Source: Macrostomum lignano
Taxonomy: Eukaryota
NCBI GenBank assembly: GCA_002269645.1
Contig: NIVC01004653.1
Coordinates: forward strand, 1 to 39,253
Reading direction: 5' to 3'
Length of the DNA: 39,253 nucleotides
Shown here: piece after piece, positions 20,686 to 33,722 of the stretch
How positions within the stretch are numbered: the first letter of the stretch is position 1
Layout: each line of letters starts with the position of its first letter
Notes under the pieces: generated by a model
Databases searched by the model: none
What the model was told of the DNA's origin: nothing
The model's input: the letters and a program-made list of their open reading frames with translations, nothing else
Made by a program: the position numbers and the translations under genes

Positions 20686-21156
20686 CCCTCTGTCTCACTC
20701 TCCCTGTGTCTCACTCTCCCCCTCTGTCTCACTCTCCCTCTGTTTCACCCTCCCTCTGTCTCACTCTCCCTGTTTCTCCCTCTCCCTGTATTTCACTCTC
20801 CCTGTTTCTCACTCTCCCTGCATTTCACTCTCCCTGTGTCTCACTCTCCCTCTGTCTCACCCTCCCTCTGTCTTACTCTACCTGTATCTCACTCTCCCTG
20901 TGTCTCACTCTCCCTCTGTCTCACTCTCCCTGTGTCCCCCTCTCCTAATATCTCACTCTCCCTGTGTCCCCCTCTTCTAATATCTTACTCTCCCTCTGTT
21001 TCCCCCTCCCTCTGTCTCACTCTCCCTGTGTCTCACTCTTCCTCTGTCTCACTCTCCCTGTGTCTCACTCTCCCTGTGTCTCACTCTCCCTGTGTCTCAC
21101 TCTCCCTGTGTCTCACTCTCCCTGTGTCTCACTCTCCCTGTGTCTCACTCTCCCCG
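20686..21156. repeat. 16-bp minisatellite TGTGTCTCACTCTCCC
   Basis: About 29 copies; reverse complement of the array at 24052-27199. Confidence 0.93.

Positions 21157-21161
<5 letters not shown>

Positions 21162-21234
<73 letters not shown>
21162..21234. repeat. (CT)n microsatellite
   Basis: About 36 perfect dinucleotides. Confidence 0.97.
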
Positions 21235-21238
<4 letters not shown>

Positions 21239-22082
21239 CATCTTCTCCCAGCGACTCCTTGCGAGACTTCAGATTCTATTCCAATCAATAAATTTGTTTG
21301 TTTTCAAATTCGTTCGGAAACTCCCCAGCCGGACCCATCGAATCAAGCAGCTGCCCGTCTGTCAGGACTGCTCAGGGGGCCCCGGCCTTCGCAGCTGCAC
21401 CGGTGGCTAATCAAATTAAGGAAAGTCACTTGACTGACCCTTGTCTCCTCTTTTTCTTTCGGCTTTCCCTTTCTCCTGATGAGTTAATCACATTTTCTCC
21501 GGACAGCGAGAATCCTATCTTCATCAAGCAGGCGATCCCAGCTTCCTGCCTCAGAGTTAGCAGTGCTAAGAAGTAGCCGGTCGCGGGTTCGTTTCAGTTC
21601 ACACAAACAGCAAGGATTTCACACAAACCTGAGTCATTCGCTACTATAGTAATATAATACTTTTACTGCTGCACAATGATCTTAATTGTCTGCATTTTGA
21701 ACATTCATAAAAAGAGGTGAAAAGCGGTTATGCGGTTTCTCAGAGGAGTTCGCGTCATAAATCAATCCAGCTACTCCCACCTGTCCTCGGGGCCATCCGG
21801 TGCAATAAAAATATTGTTTTACTAGAAGCGCATTGTACTTTCAGACATTTTACAAGGCGATTGCTGGAACTTCTCTCGCCGGCAGCTGACAGATTCGGTT
21901 CGACTCTGTCGATTCGCGCGCGGAATTCCGAAGCCGGAAGCCGCAGAATCGATTTTAGCCGGCTTCCCGCGCCCGGCTTTGGCAGCTGGAGAGCTGGTTG
22001 GGGGATCAGTGGCATTCCTGGGGAACTTCGATGACGGGGCCTGGCATGGGGCCAATGCATCGGCACACAGGCGCTGGCGCTA

Positions 22083-22750
<668 letters not shown>

Positions 22751-22761
22751 AAGAAACAAAC

Positions 22762-22921
22762 AGAAACAGCTGAAAAGACACAGCGGAAAAGACACAGCTG
22801 AAAAGACACAGCTGAAAAGACACAGCTGAAAAGACACAGCTGAAAAGACACAGCGGAAAAGACACAGCTGAAAAGACACAGCGGAAAAGACACAGCGGAA
22901 AAGACACAGCGGAAAAGACAC
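22762..22921. repeat. 14-bp minisatellite GAAAAGACACAGC(T/G)
   Basis: About 11 copies abutting the CAGA tract. Confidence 0.93.
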
Positions 22922-24051
22922 ATTCCAATCCAAGCTCAGAAAATTGATGGGGAAATCCGAAGAGGTGAGGAAGCGGCCGCAGTTTCAGCAGTTCCGTCAC
23001 GCCACCCGGCCTTCATTAGCAGGCAGCGGCTCCGGTACTCTCGGGTTGCACTCTGCTCAGGAAAATACGGTGGTGACAGAAGCTGGGGGGTGGTAAACGG
23101 GGGCGAATGCGGACTCAAATTGAAGCCTAAATCTGTACAGAGAAGTCAGCTTCAATCACGCTAACAGATTTATATTATCTTGTCTAATCGGAAATTCGAG
23201 GCATTTGAATCCTATTTGTGTCTCTTGTTTCGAGTCCTGCTCCCCGAGACTCATGATGAATTTCCGTGAAATTTCTGAGGCCAAGATATTAAATCATTGA
23301 AAAGCCCAGACAGTCTGCTCAAATACAAAAATCGAACGCAACCACCATCAACCCCCCCCCGCGCCCGTCATCAGGCTGTCAGCGAATTCAGCTTGCTCAA
23401 AGTTGCGATTCCTGCATGCAGTTTGTGTTCACGGCCGCCTGTCTCTTTCCTTGGCTCTCCTGTATTGATTTTCGCATAAGCAGGGGCCAGAGCGGGAGCA
23501 GAGTGACTGAGCGAGAGAGACAGGCACACAGTGAAGCTGGATATCGGCGAATGTCTGCCCTGTTTATTTCGGCTGGGGGCATTCTGGGACGAATATGCGA
23601 CTAGCTGTCGGACCGACAGGAAGCTGCGGGACCGGCAGAAACCCGCCATCAACCCAACTGCTGTGCGCGGCCGGTGCAGGGCGGGGGCTGAAGCCCCCCC
23701 CCTGTCAGTGACCCCCCGTTGGGGAGAGGAGCGCCGTCTGGCTTCATCTAGCTATAGCTCTCTTCTCCCCGATCCCCCAGAGCGGCAGAGTTTATTTGCC
23801 CAGTGTCAGCTTCCCAGCTTGCCTCATCCTTTCTTGCCCTGCGTGACATGGGGAAGGTGGATCTGCTGCGAGAGCCTCGTCCTGGGGAGGGGGAGGGCGT
23901 TTACCAAAAATCTACGAAAATGGGAAAAGGGGAGAGTTTTACAAGCCAAGGCGGGATTCCGGAGGGCGGCGAAATGGGGATTTTGATGCGGTGAACTAGC
24001 TGAGGTGATGATGCCGAGTCAGTCTCAGTTTGATCACAATGAAACAGCTGT

Positions 24052-27000
24052 GGGGAGAGTGACACACAGGGAGAGTGACACACAGGGAGAGTGAGATACT
24101 GGGAGAGTGAGACAGAGGGAGAGTGAGACATAGGGAGAGTGAGACACAGGGAGAGTGAGACACAGGGAGAGTGAGACACAGGGAGAGTGAGACACAGGGA
24201 GAGTGAGACACAGGGAGAGTGAGACACAGGGAGAGTGAGACACAGGGTGAGTGAGACACAGGGAGAGTGAGATACTGGGAGAGTGAGACACAGGGAGAGT
24301 GAGATACTGGAGAGTGACACACAGGGAGATTGACACACTGGGAGAGTGAGATACTGGGGGAGTGAGACACAGGGAGAGTGAGACACAGGGAGAGTGAGAT
24401 ACTGGGAGAGTGAGACAGAGGGAGAGTGAGACATAGGGAGAGTGAGACACAGGGAGAGTGAGACACAGGGAGAGTGAGACACAGGGAGAGTGAGACACAG
24501 GGAGAGTGAGACACAGGGAGAGTGAGACACAGGGAGAGTGAGACACAGGGTGAGTGAGACACAGGGAGAGTGAGATACTGGAGAGTGAGACACAGGGAGA
24601 GTGAGATACTGGAGAGTGACACACAGGGAGATTGACACACTGGGAGAGTGAGATACTGGGGGAGTGAGACACAGGGAGAGTGAGACACAGGGAGAGTGAG
24701 ATACTGGGAGAGTGAGACACAGGGAGAGTGAGATACTGGAGAGTGACACACAGGGAGATTGACACACTGGGAGAGTGAGATACTGGGGGAGTGAGACACA
24801 GGGAGAGTGAGACACAGGGAGAGTGAGACACAGGGAGAGTGAAATACAGGGAGAGTGAGACACAGGGAGAGTGAGATACTGGAGAGTGACACACAGGGAG
24901 AGTGACACACAGGGAGAGTGACACACTGGGAGAGTGAGATACTGGGAGAGTGAGACACAGGGAGAGTGAGACACAGGGAGAGTGAGACACAGGGAGAGTG
25001 AGACACAGGGAGAGTGACACACAGGGAGAGTGAGACACAGGGAGAGTAAGGCACAGGGAGAGTGAGACACAGGGAGAGTGAGACACAGGGAGAGTGAGAC
25101 ACAGGGAGAGTAAGATACTGGGAGAGTAAGGCACAGAGAGAGTAAGTCACAGGGAGAGTGAGACACAGGGAGAGTGAGACACAGGGAGAGTGAGACACAG
25201 GGAGAGTGAGACACAGGGAGAGTGAGACACAGGGAGAGTGAGACACAGGGAGAGTGAGACACAGGGAGAGTGAGACACAGGGAGAGTAAGGCACAGGGAG
25301 AGTGAGACACAGGGAGAGTGAGACACAGGGAGAGTGAGACACAGGGAGAGTGAGACACAGGGAGAGTGAGGCACAGGGAGAGTGAGACACAGGGAGAGTG
25401 AGACACAGGGAGAGTGAGACACAGGGAGAGTGAGACACAGGGAGAGTGAGACACAGGGAGAGTGAGACACAGGGAGAGTGAGACACAGGGAGAGTAAGAT
25501 ACTGGGAGAGTAAGGCACAGGGAGAGTAAGGCACAGGGAGAGTGAGACACAGGGAGAGTGAGACACAGGGAGAGTGAGACACAGGGAGAGTGAGACACAG
25601 GGAGAGTGAGACACATGGAGAGTGAGACACAGGGAGAGTGACACACAGGGAGAGTGACACACAGGGAGAGTGACACACAGGGAGAGTGAGACACAGGGAG
25701 AGTGAAACACAGGGAGAGTGAGATACTGGGAGAGTGAGACACAGGGAGAGTGACACACAGGGAGAGTGAGACACAGGGAGAGTGAGACACAGGGAGAGTG
25801 AGACACAGGGAGAGTGAGATACAGGGAGATTGAGACACAGGGAGAGTGAGACACAGGGAGAGTGAGACACAGGGAGAGTGAGACACAGGGAGAATGAGAT
25901 ACTGGGAGAGTGAGACACAGGGAGAATGAGACACAGGGAGAGTGAGACACAGGGAGAGTGAGACACAGGGAGAGTGAGACACAGGGAGAGTGAGACACAG
26001 GGAGAGTGAGACACAGGGAGAGTGAGATACTGGGAGAGTGAGACACAGGGAGAGTGAGACACAGGGAGAGTGAGATACTGGGAGAGTAAGACACAGGGAG
26101 AGTGAGATACTGGGAGAGTGAGACACAGGGAGAGTGAGACACAGGGAGAGTGACACACAGGGAGAGTGAGACACAGGGAGAGTGACACACAGGGAGAGTG
26201 AGACACAGGGAGAGTGAGATACAGGGAGATTGAGACACAGGGAGAGTGAGACACAGGGAGAGTGAGACACAGGGAGAGTGAGACACAGGGAGAGTGAGAT
26301 ACTGGGAGAGTGAGACACAGGGAGATTGAGACACAGGGAGAGTGAGACACAGGGAGAGTGAGACACAGGGAGAGTGAGACACAGGGAGAGTGAGACACAG
26401 GGAGAGTGAGACACAGGGAGAGTGAGATACTGGGAGAGTGAGACACAGGGAGAGTGAGACACAGGGAGAGTGAGACACAGGGAGAGTGAGACACAGGGAG
26501 AGTGAGACACAGGGAGAGTAAGATACTGGGAGAGTAAGGCACAGGGAGAGTGAGACACAGGGAGAGTGAGACACAGGGAGAGTGAGACACAGGGAGAGTG
26601 AGACACAGGGAGAGTGAGATACTGGGAGAGTGAGACACAGGGAGATTGAGACACAGGGAGAGTGAGACACAGGGAGAGTGAGACACAGGGAGAGTGAGAC
26701 ACAGGGAGAGTGAGACACAGGGAGAGTGAGACACAGGGAGAGTGAGACACAGGGAGAGTGAGACACAGGGAGAGTGACACACAGGGAGAGTGAGACACAG
26801 GGAGAGTGACACACAGGGAGAGTGAGACACAGGGAGAGTGAGATACAGGGAGATTGAGACACAGGGAGAGTGAGACACAGGGAGAGTGAGACACAGGGAG
26901 AGTGAGACACAGGGAGAGTGAGATACTGGGAGAGTGAGACACAGGGAGATTGAGACACAGGGAGAGTGAGACACAGGGAGAGTGAGACACAGGGAGAGTG

Positions 27001-27199
27001 AGACACAGGGAGAGTGAGACACAGGGAGAGTGAGACACAGGGAGAGTGAGATACTGGGAGAGTGAGACACAGGGAGAGTGAGACACAGGGAGAGTGAGAC
27101 ACAGGGAGAGTGAGACACAGGGAGAGTGAGACACAGGGAGAGTAAGATACTGGGAGAGTAAGGCACAGGGAGAGTGAGACACAGGGAGAGTGAGACACA
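24052..27199. repeat. 16-bp minisatellite GGGAGAGTGAGACACA, ~3.1 kb
   Basis: About 195 copies; explains the 683-1111 aa VSHSPCVSLSLCLTLP ORFs. Confidence 0.97.
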
Positions 27200-27599
27200 A
27201 TGAGAGTTACTCGTAGAAAAGATTCTGGATAGGAATGACAGGTATTTCACCATCCCATGAGTCAAGCGGAAAGTCATGTCTCCTTTAAGGCGAATCGAGC
27301 GAAAACAGAGTACCAAGAAAAGCATCGTCACTCTCCTACAGTGTGGATCTAGCCAATTAAATAAACAAGTGTTAGCTTCTTAGTAAAGCTCCCTAGCATT
27401 GGCAGAACAGTTTATTTCAAAACGGCTATCCACAACCAGTTATCAACAGTTGCTTATCGCGACTTTTCGACACCCTGCGCCGGTTAACATCAAAGCTGTC
27501 GGAGAGGGGGATTTCGAATAGTTGGGTGGGAGAAAGAGGAAAATAGTTAGGAGACAAGAGCAATGTAGATAGAGGCAGAGAAAGAGAGGGAGATGAGAG

Positions 27600-28420
27600 G
27601 AAAAGGGGCATAGGGACAGAGAAGAAGGGATGAAGAGAAGTGGAGACGGAGAAGATGGAGAGGAGGACGAAGAGGGTGACAGAGAGGGAGAAAGAGGGAG
27701 AGGAAGAGAGAGGGGGGAGACGGAGAGGGAGAGAGAGAGGAAGAAGGAGACGGAAAGAGAGAGGGAGAGGGAGAGAGAGGGGGAGACGGAAAGGGAGAGA
27801 GAGAGGGATAGAGAGGGGGAGACGGAGAGGGGGAGAGAGAGATGGAGAGGGAGACGGAGAGGGAGAGAGAGAGGGAGAGGGAGACGGAGAGGGAGACGGA
27901 CAAAGAGAGGGAGGCGGAGACGGAGACGGAGAGTGAGACGGACAATGAGAGTGAGACGGACAAAGAGAGGGAGACGGACAAAGAGAGTGAGACGGAGAGG
28001 GAGACGGAGAGTGAGACGGACAAAGAGAGTGAGACGGACAAAGAGAGTGAAACGGACAAAGAGAGTGAGACGGACAAAGAGAGGGAGACGGAGAGGGAGA
28101 CGGAGAGGGAGACGGAGAGGGAGACGGACAAAGAAAGGGAGACGGAGAGGGAGACGGAGAGGGAGACGGAGAGGGAGACGGAGAGGGAGACGGACAAAGA
28201 GAGGGAGACGGAGAGGGAGACGGACAAAGAGAGGGAGACGGAGAGGGAGACGGAGAGGGAGACGGACAAAGAGAGGGAGACGGAGAGGGAGACGGACAAA
28301 GAGAGGGAGACGGAGAGTGAGACGGACAAAGAGAGGGAGACAAAGAGGGAGACGGACAAAGAGAGGGAGACGGAGAGGGAGACGGAGAGTGAGACGGACA
28401 AAGAGAGGGAGACGGAGAGG
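27600..28420. repeat. GA-rich low-complexity tract grading into 12/18-bp repeats (GACGGAGAGGGA / GACGGACAAAGAGAGGGA)
   Basis: Directly visible; source of the ETERE and Arg-rich ORFs. Confidence 0.9.
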
Positions 28421-29029
28421 TAGAGCGGCACTACACAAAGTTATTTCAGGGTGCGAAATTCAGGCCTTATACAATAAACACACAACATACCACAGTGCGG
28501 CCGTCAATGCGCCGTTAGGCAGGCTGTAAAAGCGATAAAGTATGTCGCTAAGCGAGCTGAAAAACTGCGCAGAAGACTGCGATCGCGAGAGCATGCCCAG
28601 AACAGCGGCACTATGATAAATTTACTGTTCGGAATTGGCATCATTCGCAGAGAAAACCCTAGTGTATAGAGAAAGAGCTTATAGCTTTCCTCTGCTTTTG
28701 CGAATAGAATAGGAAAGCTGCGAGTCACTGAGGCAGACGGCTTTTTCTTCTGTTGCTTTTTCCTAAATAAGCCACCAGATTGTCCCATGGGAATAATCTG
28801 GAATTGAAAAGATTGCTTGTTACTTCTTTGTGCATGCCTTTTATGGGCCAGACAGGTAGGAAATGTGCTAGTTGAATAACTGATTGTCTGTCAAATTGAT
28901 TGAGATTGGTGAAGATGAAAATGAAGTTTTATAGAGTAAATGTTATAGAGTAAGTTATATAGTTATAAACTATATATAGTTTTACTCGTATATAGTTACC
29001 TTCAGAGACAAGATAAGAGTCGATAGAGA

Positions 29030-29230
29030 CTCAGAGAGTAGATGCAGAGTGAGAGTAGATGGAGACTGAGAGGGTAGATGGAGACTGAGAGAGTAGATGG
29101 AGACTGAGAGAATAGATGGAGACTGAGAGAGTAGATGGAGACTGAGAGAATAGATGGAGACTGAGAGGGTAGATGGAGAATGGTAGTGTACATGGAGACT
29201 GAGGGAATAGATGGAGGCGGAGGCTGGAGA
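29030..29230. repeat. 20-bp minisatellite GGAGACTGAGAGAGTAGATG-like
   Basis: About 9 copies. Confidence 0.88.
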
Positions 29231-30639
29231 GACTGTGAGTTAGAGTTAACCACACGGGAAAGCAGGGTAAGAAATGATTGAGAATAGTTGCTAGCGGGGG
29301 ATTCGTGCTTGAGCTCAGCAAAGGTCGCCCCCCATCAAAGGATTTTTCTCTTGTGCCCCCGCTTTTATGTCGATGCAAATTATGAAGAGCCGGGCGGGTC
29401 GGTCTGGGTTTGAGGGGGCGACCGCATCTTCGCTCCCCTTGGGGATCTCTAGAATTGCTTTTTTGGTCAAGATTTTCGGATCTCGCATCCCAATTCACCA
29501 GCTTGCGCCCAGCATTATGGGATCCCCGCATACCCATACAGCAATCCCGCTGAGCTGATTGATGCGAGTCGTCGGCTGAGCTAAGGTGGACGGACGCACA
29601 GTAAAGGAAAGTAATGAGTTTCGCAGTTGCTGACTCCAGAGTTCTAGAACTAAACATCTGGTTTGTGATTGACAGCCAGGAGGGCCAACCCCCAAGGCTC
29701 AGAGAGTGTACATGCCTGACGATTAGAAAGTCAGGGTCGATGTACACCCTCTGTGCGCGTGAGTATGAGTGATTGCCTGCGTACAGTATTGCCGCACTTG
29801 TGTGTCCTCAGGAGTCAGCTCTGGTTTTGGGACGGTTGTCCCTCCTGCCGATATTATAATTGTTTTTGATCATCCAGTCTCCACTACCAGATATTCTACT
29901 TTAGAACTGCATGGCTTTGGGCATCGAACCAGAGGCCGAAACAAACAAGGCATCACCACCAGCCCCTGAGTATTAACAATGCCCTCCGGTTCCGGAGGGG
30001 GGGCGGTCGGTCCAATTAACTCTGTTTTAGTTGAAACATTTTCATTCAAGTTACTATGCCAGCAGTACGGTTGATCCGCCTGTTTACGGCCATTCAAAAT
30101 GCTAATGAGGCCCGCGAAGTGTTGGCCTGTTTAAGGTCCTCTTGGGGTGTTGAAAAAATTGTTTTGAACTTTTCTCCGGTTAACAAGCGACCCCCGTTTA
30201 ACTCCAGCATCCCCGAGGCAGAAATTTCCTGAGTGGAAAAGGAGAGAGAGGAAGGGGGCAAACAAGGCAGACAGGCAGAGAGCTGCTTTGCCTGTCACGT
30301 GACGGAGCGGAGGGGGTTCAATGTGAGTGGCGTCGCAGTGTCCCTGTCATCTCGGCAAACAATGCAGCAGCCGTAGCCACAGATGGAAACGGCTTGGCAA
30401 GTCGCCTTTGAACCATGAATTCCTTTTTAAGCTTGCCTATTGCCGTGAAGCCTCGCTCAGGGGACTCGCCCTGTTCTAATCCGTATTTGAAAGCCACTTG
30501 TGCCTTATTTGCCTTGTTTCCCTATGAGGACCCTGGATGCTTGGAAGTGCAAACAATTGAAAGGTGAATATGCGAGTGTGTGTGTGTGGGTGAGTGTGTG
30601 TGAATGATTTTGTCGACGAATCGCTTGTGAATTAATGTG

Positions 30640-31530
30640 AATGATTTATGAAGGACTGTGAATGGTTTGTAGAGGATTGTGAATGGATTGTGGATGATTT
30701 TGAATGGTTTGTGGAGGATTGTGAATGGTTTGTGGAGGATTGTGAATGGTTTATGGAGGATTGTGAATGGTTTTTGGAGGATTGTGAATGGTTTGTGGAG
30801 GATTTTGAATGGTTTGTGGAGGATTGTGAATAGTTTGTGGAGGATTGTGAGTGATTTGTGGAGGATTGTGAATGGTTTGTGGAGGATTGTGAATGGTTTA
30901 TGGAGGATTGTGAATGGTTTATTGAGGAATGTGAGTGGTTTGTGGAGGATTGTGAATAGTTTGTGGATGATTTTGAATGGCTTTTGGAGGACTGTGAATG
31001 GTTTGTGGTGGATTGTGAATAGTTTGTGGGGGATTGTGAATGGTTTGTGGAGGATTGTGAATGGTTTGTGGTGGATTGTGAATAGTTTTTGGAGGAATGT
31101 GAATGGTTTATGGAGGAATGTGAATGGTTTGTGGAGGATTGTGAATGGTTTGTGGAGGATTGTGAATGGTTTGTGGAGGATTGTGAATGGTTTGTGGAGG
31201 ATTGTGAATGGTTTATCGAGGAATGTGAATGGTTTGTGGAGGATTGTGAATGGTTTGTGGAGAATTGTGAATGGTTTGTGGAGGATTGTGAATGGTTTGT
31301 GGAGGAATGTGAATGGTTTGTGGAGGATTGTGAATGGTTTGTGGAGGATTGTGAATGGTTTGTGGAGGATTGTGAATGGTTTGTGGAGGATTGTGAATGG
31401 TTTGTGGAGGATTGTGAATGGTTTGTGGAGGATTGTGAATGGTTTGTGGAGGATTGTGAATGGTTTGTGGAGGATTGTGAATGGTTTGTGGAGGATTGTG
31501 AATGGTTTGTGGATGATTTTGAATAGTTTT
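30640..31530. repeat. 21-bp minisatellite TGTGAATGGTTTGTGGAGGAT
   Basis: About 42 copies; source of the EDCEWFV and LWRIVNG ORFs. Confidence 0.96.
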
Positions 31531-32474
31531 TTAGTGATTTTTTATCATTTAAATCTTACAGCAAATTTTAAGTCAGTTGAGAAGCTCGCAGACAGCTCTA
31601 AGTGAACAGAGACTGTGCAGCAAAACAAAAGACCCTTGCAGAAATTTTTTCAGGGCGAGATTGGAATGCGTGAATCTTTGGTGGCCGCAAATGTTTGCTC
31701 TTCGTGACCCGACCGGCTGAAGGGTCCCGGATGTGTCCCAGCAAATGTGAGGGCATCCCGGTGCAGGTCCCTGCAGAGCGGGGAAGACGACAGCTGAAAG
31801 CCATTCTCCGAGTCAACAATGCCTCGTATCTGGGTAGAACTTTTCTGCTTCAACAAAACAATCTTTTAACAACGCTTGAGCTCTCAGGCAAGCGAGCTCT
31901 GGAATCAGGCAGCTTCCCAGAAGCCTCGCTGCTACACCCCCCGCTGCCCAGCTTCCCAAACTGGGAGTCTATAGGTGAGCAGTGTGTGTGTGTGTGTAAG
32001 TGTGTGGAAAGTTCTCACTCTCAGTGCTAAATTGCTAGATAGACTAAAAGCGGGAACAATGGCCTCAGCAATGCTGAGTGACGCGTGTTACCCCAGCCTG
32101 GCCCTGTGTGTTATTTCCCACTTTCCCATTTCAGATAATGGGGAGCCTTGCCACCCAGCCTCACTCCTCATCAACTGTCAGGGTCTGGCCGGGACTCCGC
32201 ATCCACCCTCCCCCCTCTCTCTCTTCCCTCTCTTTCATTCTTACTTGCGAAAAATTTTCTTCTGCTTTTTGCGGGTGCCATTGGCAACAAATTCTTCTCA
32301 CCCCATCGATTTTCGCATCGCCTTGAACTGTATGAGGTTGAGCAGAATCTGTCTGGCCCAGCCTTGCCAGAGGGAGCGGGGGAATTCCGCTTTCTTATTA
32401 TTAAGGCTCCCCATCCTTGGCCGTTGTTTTGTTGCGACTGGACCCTGCGAAGGTTCCAAAATTTCTGTAGATAC

Positions 32475-32929
32475 CGAAGGTCCCGGAGGTCCCGAAGGTC
32501 CCGAAATTCCCGAAGTTCTCGAAGGTCTCGAAGGTCCCGAAGGTCCCGAAGGTCCCGAAGGTCCCGAAGGTCCCGAAGGTCCCGAAGGTCCCGAAGGTCC
32601 CGAAGGTCCCGAAGGTCCCGAAGGTCCCAAAGGTCCCGAAGGTCCCAAAGGTCCCGAAGGTCCCGAAGGTCCCGAAGGTCCCGAAGGTCCGAAGGTCCGA
32701 AGGTCCCGAAGGTCCCGAAGGTCCCGAAGGTCCCGAAGGTCCCGAAGGTCCCGAAGGTCCCGAAGGTCCCGAAGGTCCCGAAGGTCCCGAAGGTCCCGAA
32801 GGTCCCGAAGGTCCCGAAGGTCCCGAAGGTCCCGAAGGTCCCGAAGGTCCCGAAGGTCCCGAAGGTCCCGAAGGTCCCGAAGGTCCCGAAGGTCCCGAAG
32901 GTCCCGAAGGTCCCGAAGGTCCCGAAGGT
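32475..32929. repeat. 9-bp minisatellite GAAGGTCCC
   Basis: About 50 copies, nearly invariant, with two 8-bp units near 32690-32700. Confidence 0.96.
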
Positions 32930-33381
32930 TTAGTCTGGCATTTCAACCACAGAACAGCATTCTGTGTAAGTTCTGTGATTTCAACTGCCAACATATCTAT
33001 TCAACCAGCAAAGCAGCTGTCCCGGAAGCCACAGTCACACGGTAACCAAGCGTAAACCGCACTATATGTCTATATTATCGACTTGAATCTCCCTTAATTT
33101 GATTCATGAATTTGTTCACCAAACCAGAAACTTTCGGCCCCAATATTATCTCACACACCTTGGCCGCCGCGCAGCTGGGCAAATGCAATATAGACACGGC
33201 TGTAGTTCAGCATTCAAGACACAAACTACATATGGGATTAAATCCCCTTACCCTCCCTCAGTCACGGTCTGTTAATCTTCCTTACTTCTCTCCCCTCCTA
33301 CCTTCCTTTTTCCTTCCCCTTACCTTCCTGTCCTGGCACTTGGTTTCTGCCCCTTCTCCTCTCTCTCTCTACACACACATT

Positions 33382-33398
33382 GGTTGCCCTCGGCAACC
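33382..33398. promoter_or_regulatory. Palindromic RFX X-box GGTTGCC-CTC-GGCAACC
   Basis: Fits the X-box consensus GTNRCC(N0-3)RGYAAC with perfect arms; ~340 nt upstream of mir-87. Confidence 0.45.
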
Positions 33399-33602
33399 GA
33401 ACGACAGTGGAGAGGCGTCAGGTCAGCCCTGGCCCAGTCGCGGGGCTGCATGGCTTAGAAGGATTGGAATCCCCCTCTCATCCCTCCAGGCCAGTGGGGA
33501 GCAGCTCAGCGGCTTACAGTCAGGCAGATAAATTGCGGCAACCATGGCTGGCCCCCCAATCATTTTACCCACTCCCCGGCCCAGCTGAATTTCAACTTTC
33601 AG

Positions 33603-33666
33603 TTTGCCTCACGAGTTTTAGAAGCTTCCGTAAGCAGCGGCAGCAGCAGCGGCTACGGCAAAACTG
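33603..33666 (+). other. Candidate small exon of the mir-87 host transcript
   Basis: Consensus donor CTG|GTAAGT at 33667-33672; in-frame acceptors TTTCAG (33602) or TTTTAG (33621); reads (FASRVL)EASVSSGSSSGYGKT. Confidence 0.35.
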
Positions 33667-33722
33667 GTAAGTTCCTGTCCGGCCTAAAGTCCCAAATTTT
33701 AATCCCAAGCCTGAAACTCGAA

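Noticed and set aside
21579-21595. tRNA T-arm-like fragment GGTCGCGGGTTCGTTTC
   Set aside because: Too short, B-box imperfect, and no SINE body follows.
23901-27331. Giant 683-1111 aa ORFs on the minus strand
   Set aside because: All three frames are open because a stop-free 16-bp unit is repeated; there is no coding signature.
27338-27356. miR-279-like sequence on the minus strand (TGGCTAGATCCACACTG)
   Set aside because: Mismatch within the seed and no complementary arm nearby, so no hairpin; probably chance.
27426-28529. Arg-rich (protamine-like) and ETERE ORFs
   Set aside because: Translations of a GA-rich 12/18-bp repeat, open in multiple frames on both strands.
31975-33045. Collagen gene
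   Set aside because: Invariant 9-bp unit without synonymous variation, frame broken mid-array, no credible signal peptide or collagen C-terminal domain.
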